The notes beneath the pieces are model-generated. The model had not been told where the DNA came from. It saw nothing but the letters and a program-made list of their open reading frames with translations, and did not search any database. A stretch of 64,000 bases of DNA from the NCBI GenBank assembly GCA_043813525.1, contig JBDRKY010000046.1:13053-77052 (forward strand). The letters are read 5' to 3'. Every line of letters starts with the position of its first letter. The stretch's first letter is position 1. Of the stretch, positions 60,793-64,000 are shown in pieces. This DNA comes from Candidatus Woesearchaeota archaeon (lineage in GTDB: Archaea; Nanobdellota; Nanobdellia; Woesearchaeales; DSVV01). A program made the translations under genes and the position numbers.

Positions 60793-62076
60793 TCATCTCT
60801 TTATCGCAGTAATATTGCACCACACATTATGCTTATCTGGTCTATATTGTACATCCCTAAATCCTCTTTGCTCTAATAGATTTACTATTTTCATAGGGTG
60901 AGTATAATATTCATACAGACCTCGTGCTGCATCACCATGCTCTTTGTTGTCCACACTCAATACTTTTGCGGCTATATCTGGATCATCTGCAAATAAGACT
61001 GCATTAACACCTTTGATGCCATCATAATAATGATTTACTGAATCTAAGAACTGCTCTCTGTCTGACTGCATACCAACATCAATCAATGGCATCACAATCC
61101 TTCTGCCAGATGAATAAAGCTGTTTATAACCCATATCCCTTAGTTTAGATACATGTGGAGCAGCTTCTTTTTCAGGAAGAAAATCAATAACAACCATACC
61201 ATCCTTCAATATGTTGACAAATATTAAATGTTCTCTAGATACACTAGACGCATTTATCTCAACTTTCAATTCTTCTGATATTAAAGGAACTGAGGAATAA
61301 GATTCTCCAATCAAGTATAATGCCTTATGCTGAATTTTTGCATTATCAACTCCAACCCCAGCATCAGGATCTCTCTTATCTAAAATTACAACTTTATAAT
61401 TTCCTAATGATGCTAAATCCAACGCTAATTTATGTATTTTCTCTTCCTGATATCTCATGTCTACAATGCCTGTTCCCCAATGAAATAATCCATCCTTCTC
61501 TAAAATACGATGCGCTTCATCTATGACATGATGCAGGCCTTGTGTATAAGCAGTGACATGATGTATCGCTAAAGTCGCTTCAAAAGCACTGACACTATTA
61601 TCTTCAAATGCAAATGGATCTGCAAGATTGCCCTGCCTTATAATAATCTGTCTTTGTCCAAATTCTCTAAGATTAAGTACAGCAGCAGAATCCTTATCAT
61701 CAACCAAAGTATATCCTCTTTCCCTTATGCCTGTTCTTTTTGCATCTGAAACTGTTTCATCATCCTCAAACATTGGCTTAATCAAAGCATCAATAGAACC
61801 TGCAATAATATTTTTATTACAGTCAAACATTGCAATACATCCATTACCTATCATAGCCTCAACAAGATCAAGATTTCTGGAAAATGGAACTGCTTCAGGG
61901 CCTTGGCCAGCTATGACTAAAGTATTTATTAGACCTCTATGAGTTCTTCCTGCAAAAAAACCAGACAAAGCCTGAAGCATATAATTATGCATATCATAAA
62001 GAGATGCCCTTGCAATCTTTTTATATATCTGGCTTGCTGCGATATCTTCATATTTTTGATATTCTATTCTTGTCAT
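60793..62076 (-). CDS. hypothetical protein (GC-shifted)
   Basis: 427-aa ORF with clean coding periodicity. No family recognised. Confidence 0.45.
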   Translation of the reverse strand: MTRIEYQKYEDIAASQIYKKIARASLYDMHNYMLQALSGFFAGRTHRGLINTLVIAGQGPEAVPFSRNLDLVEAMIGNGCIAMFDCNKNIIAGSIDALIKPMFEDDETVSDAKRTGIRERGYTLVDDKDSAAVLNLREFGQRQIIIRQGNLADPFAFEDNSVSAFEATLAIHHVTAYTQGLHHVIDEAHRILEKDGLFHWGTGIVDMRYQEEKIHKLALDLASLGNYKVVILDKRDPDAGVGVDNAKIQHKALYLIGESYSSVPLISEELKVEINASSVSREHLIFVNILKDGMVVIDFLPEKEAAPHVSKLRDMGYKQLYSSGRRIVMPLIDVGMQSDREQFLDSVNHYYDGIKGVNAVLFADDPDIAAKVLSVDNKEHGDAARGLYEYYTHPMKIVNLLEQRGFRDVQYRPDKHNVWCNITAIKR

Positions 62077-62316
62077 TTTTATTCTCTGCTGTTATTGCCT
62101 GATGTCATTATTATCCCTATTATTGTATATATCCACAGCAAAGTAATGCAAATGGATTTTTAAATGTTTTTGAAAAAATCGGAAATATTCCATATTCGTC
62201 TACTCCACTACAACACAAGTTTATATGCTCAAAACAGCAAGTAAGATTAGAATAAAGGGGCTGGTTTGGAAAAACTGAAATTAATATTAGGAAACTTGAG
62301 GTAAGGAGGTAATAAA

Positions 62317-63339
62317 ATGTTAAGAATAAGAAAAACAGAAGATAAAAAAGATTGCAGCAAAAGCAGTATATGGGGAAAGATTGGATTAGTTTTATTAGGA
62401 GCAGCAGCAGGTGCAGCAACATATCATGTAATGAGTGATGATGGAGCAACAGAAGCAAAAGAAAAAATAGCTGCAGTTGATACAGAAAGCCCTGAAGGAG
62501 TATTTGATGTGTTCAAATCAGGAGCAGACACTGATTCTGAAGGATTGGCAAATGTGATGAGTGGAAAATACCAAGAGGACAGAGATGCTATGAAAAATGT
62601 CGTAGGAGTATGTAATGGTGTTGTCAAGATGGAAAAAGATTATGTAAGAGGGCTTTTTGCAAAGATGCCTGTGCTGCCAGGAAGCGCAGATCCAAATGAG
62701 ATTTCTTTGGACATGAAAATTTATGACGGACAAAGAGCTGCTACAATTAATTATAGTGCAACAGGCGCTGAATATATTGTCACAGAAAATAAACTTCTTG
62801 GAACAAAAAGCCTTGGACTATATGTAATACCAGCAGTTGCTTCTGCTGAAAAAACAAAAGAAAATTCTGGAAATGGAAATGCATCAACTAATCCTGGCTA
62901 TAATGAAAAACAGGAAGAAGAAAAAGCAAATCCTGGTTACAATGGTTCTGGCAGTGCTGGTGCTGGAAAAACAGGTACAGGCAGTACAGCAGGTATGGAA
63001 GATACAGAAGTAAAACCAAGAGAAGCAAAGCCAAATGGAGATTATAATGGTCTTGAGAACAGTGTAAAAGAACAAGGAACAGAGGGGACACAAGGAATAA
63101 AGACAGAAGGTGAAAAAGCTGGCGGCCTTGATAAAAGTGTGCAGGATGCTCTGGAAGGAAAAACAAAGCCAGGATACAAAGGCAATGGAAATGGAACAGA
63201 AAAAAAAGAGCCTGAAAAGAATTACACACCTGGCAACAGCGTAGATAAAAGCACAGGACAATCCCAATACAGTGACAGTTTTGATAATCTTGTCACTGAT
63301 ATCGTGGATATGGTCTTTGATACAATGTACAAAAGCTGA
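62317..63339 (+). CDS. hypothetical secreted Gly/Lys/Glu-rich protein with N-terminal TM/signal segment
   Basis: 340 aa. WGKIGLVLLGAAAGAATYHV is a hydrophobic anchor, and the C-terminal half is low-complexity (GYNGSGSAGAGKTGTGS). Confidence 0.45.
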   Translation: MLRIRKTEDKKDCSKSSIWGKIGLVLLGAAAGAATYHVMSDDGATEAKEKIAAVDTESPEGVFDVFKSGADTDSEGLANVMSGKYQEDRDAMKNVVGVCNGVVKMEKDYVRGLFAKMPVLPGSADPNEISLDMKIYDGQRAATINYSATGAEYIVTENKLLGTKSLGLYVIPAVASAEKTKENSGNGNASTNPGYNEKQEEEKANPGYNGSGSAGAGKTGTGSTAGMEDTEVKPREAKPNGDYNGLENSVKEQGTEGTQGIKTEGEKAGGLDKSVQDALEGKTKPGYKGNGNGTEKKEPEKNYTPGNSVDKSTGQSQYSDSFDNLVTDIVDMVFDTMYKS

Positions 63340-63435
63340 ATGTTTTCAGATAATGCATATAAGCTAAAGATAAAGAAAGCAGTTTGTAATTGCTCTCAAT
63401 AAAAAATAAAAAACAAAAGTTCGGAGGTAAAAAAA

Positions 63436-64000
63436 ATGACAAGAGGAAATGGTGCTGCTGCAGTAGCAGTTGAAACAGATATGGATAGTGCACAGATGGG
63501 CACTGATGAAGATTTAGAGGAAAAAGTTGATGTAGCAAAAGAGCAAGAAAAAACACAGGGTGTGTTAGCAAAAGCAAAGAACTATTTTTCTAGGAGAAAT
63601 AGTGTAACAAGTGCACAAAAAGAACTAACACCTCAGCAGACAAAGGATAGGATATACGCACAGGAAGAGCAGATCTCAGCAATCGGTGCAGAAAAATATA
63701 TGGGCCTTCCAGCTTATGTTAGAGGACCAGTCTTGAAACTGCTTAACAAATGGAACAAAGCTGGCATGGGAAAGGTTAAGATGGCAGAGGATCAGTTTTT
63801 GGAATGCTGTGAAGAAGCTGAAGCAGTATTAAGCGGGATAGGTGACATACTTGATAATCAACAGGTCAATGGAGAAAATGTACCAATTGGCCTTCGTAGC
63901 TTAAGAGACTGGTATGATGACCAAAGACAGAATGCAGCAGAATCAGGTGTTGAAGGATATGAGACTATCAAAGAGCTTGATGGAAGAGTAGGTGAATTAG
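63436..64000 (+). CDS. hypothetical protein, 3' end beyond the window
   Basis: An ATG at 63436 is preceded by GGAGGT. The open frame runs to the window end (MTRGNGAAAVAVETDMDSAQMGTDEDLEEK...). Confidence 0.45.
   Translation, partial: MTRGNGAAAVAVETDMDSAQMGTDEDLEEKVDVAKEQEKTQGVLAKAKNYFSRRNSVTSAQKELTPQQTKDRIYAQEEQISAIGAEKYMGLPAYVRGPVLKLLNKWNKAGMGKVKMAEDQFLECCEEAEAVLSGIGDILDNQQVNGENVPIGLRSLRDWYDDQRQNAAESGVEGYETIKELDGRVGEL

Noticed and set aside
62424-63577. Minus-strand ORFs (62424-62627, 62518-62733, 62884-63267, 62888-63229, 63293-63577) opposite the 62317-63339 gene
   Set aside because: They are Leu/Phe/Ser/Cys-rich antisense readings of a Gly/Lys/Glu-rich coding region. None has start context or motifs.

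Overview
This is an AT-rich (about 30-35% GC) archaeal chromosomal segment. The gene content and the intron-rich tRNA suggest a DPANN-type archaeon, but that is inference from the sequence alone. The core is conserved information-processing genes. These include ribosomal proteins uL1, uL10(P0) and P1, and the cluster PIN-Rpo7(RpoE)-Spt4-eS24-eS27a. Also present are MutS, adenylate kinase, a partial DAHP synthase, and a tRNA(CAU) that appears to carry three introns. Interleaved with these are accessory segments rich in mobile and repeat DNA: at least three copies of a MITE with GTATGTA(A/G)(T/A)AAGTCTC termini, two inverted copies of a roughly 225-bp MITE-like element carrying an (AATCCCAA)n microsatellite, a family of nested intergenic palindromes, an IS4/IS5-like transposase, VapBC and nucleotidyltransferase modules, and a restriction-modification locus with an HNH gene interrupted by an in-frame stop. 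The standout feature is a complete diversity-generating retroelement (DGR) at 34.3-37.2 kb. It has a 500-aa target gene whose C-terminal approximately 90-bp variable repeat differs from a downstream template repeat almost exclusively at template adenines, followed immediately by a DGR-type reverse transcriptase with the (L/I)GNxxSQ motif. This cassette sits next to a truncated tyrosine-integrase fragment in a GC-shifted island bracketed by the two inverted MITE-like copies. Glycogen-related genes (GH57 and a GT4 synthase), several glycosyltransferases and many lineage-specific hypothetical proteins fill the rest.
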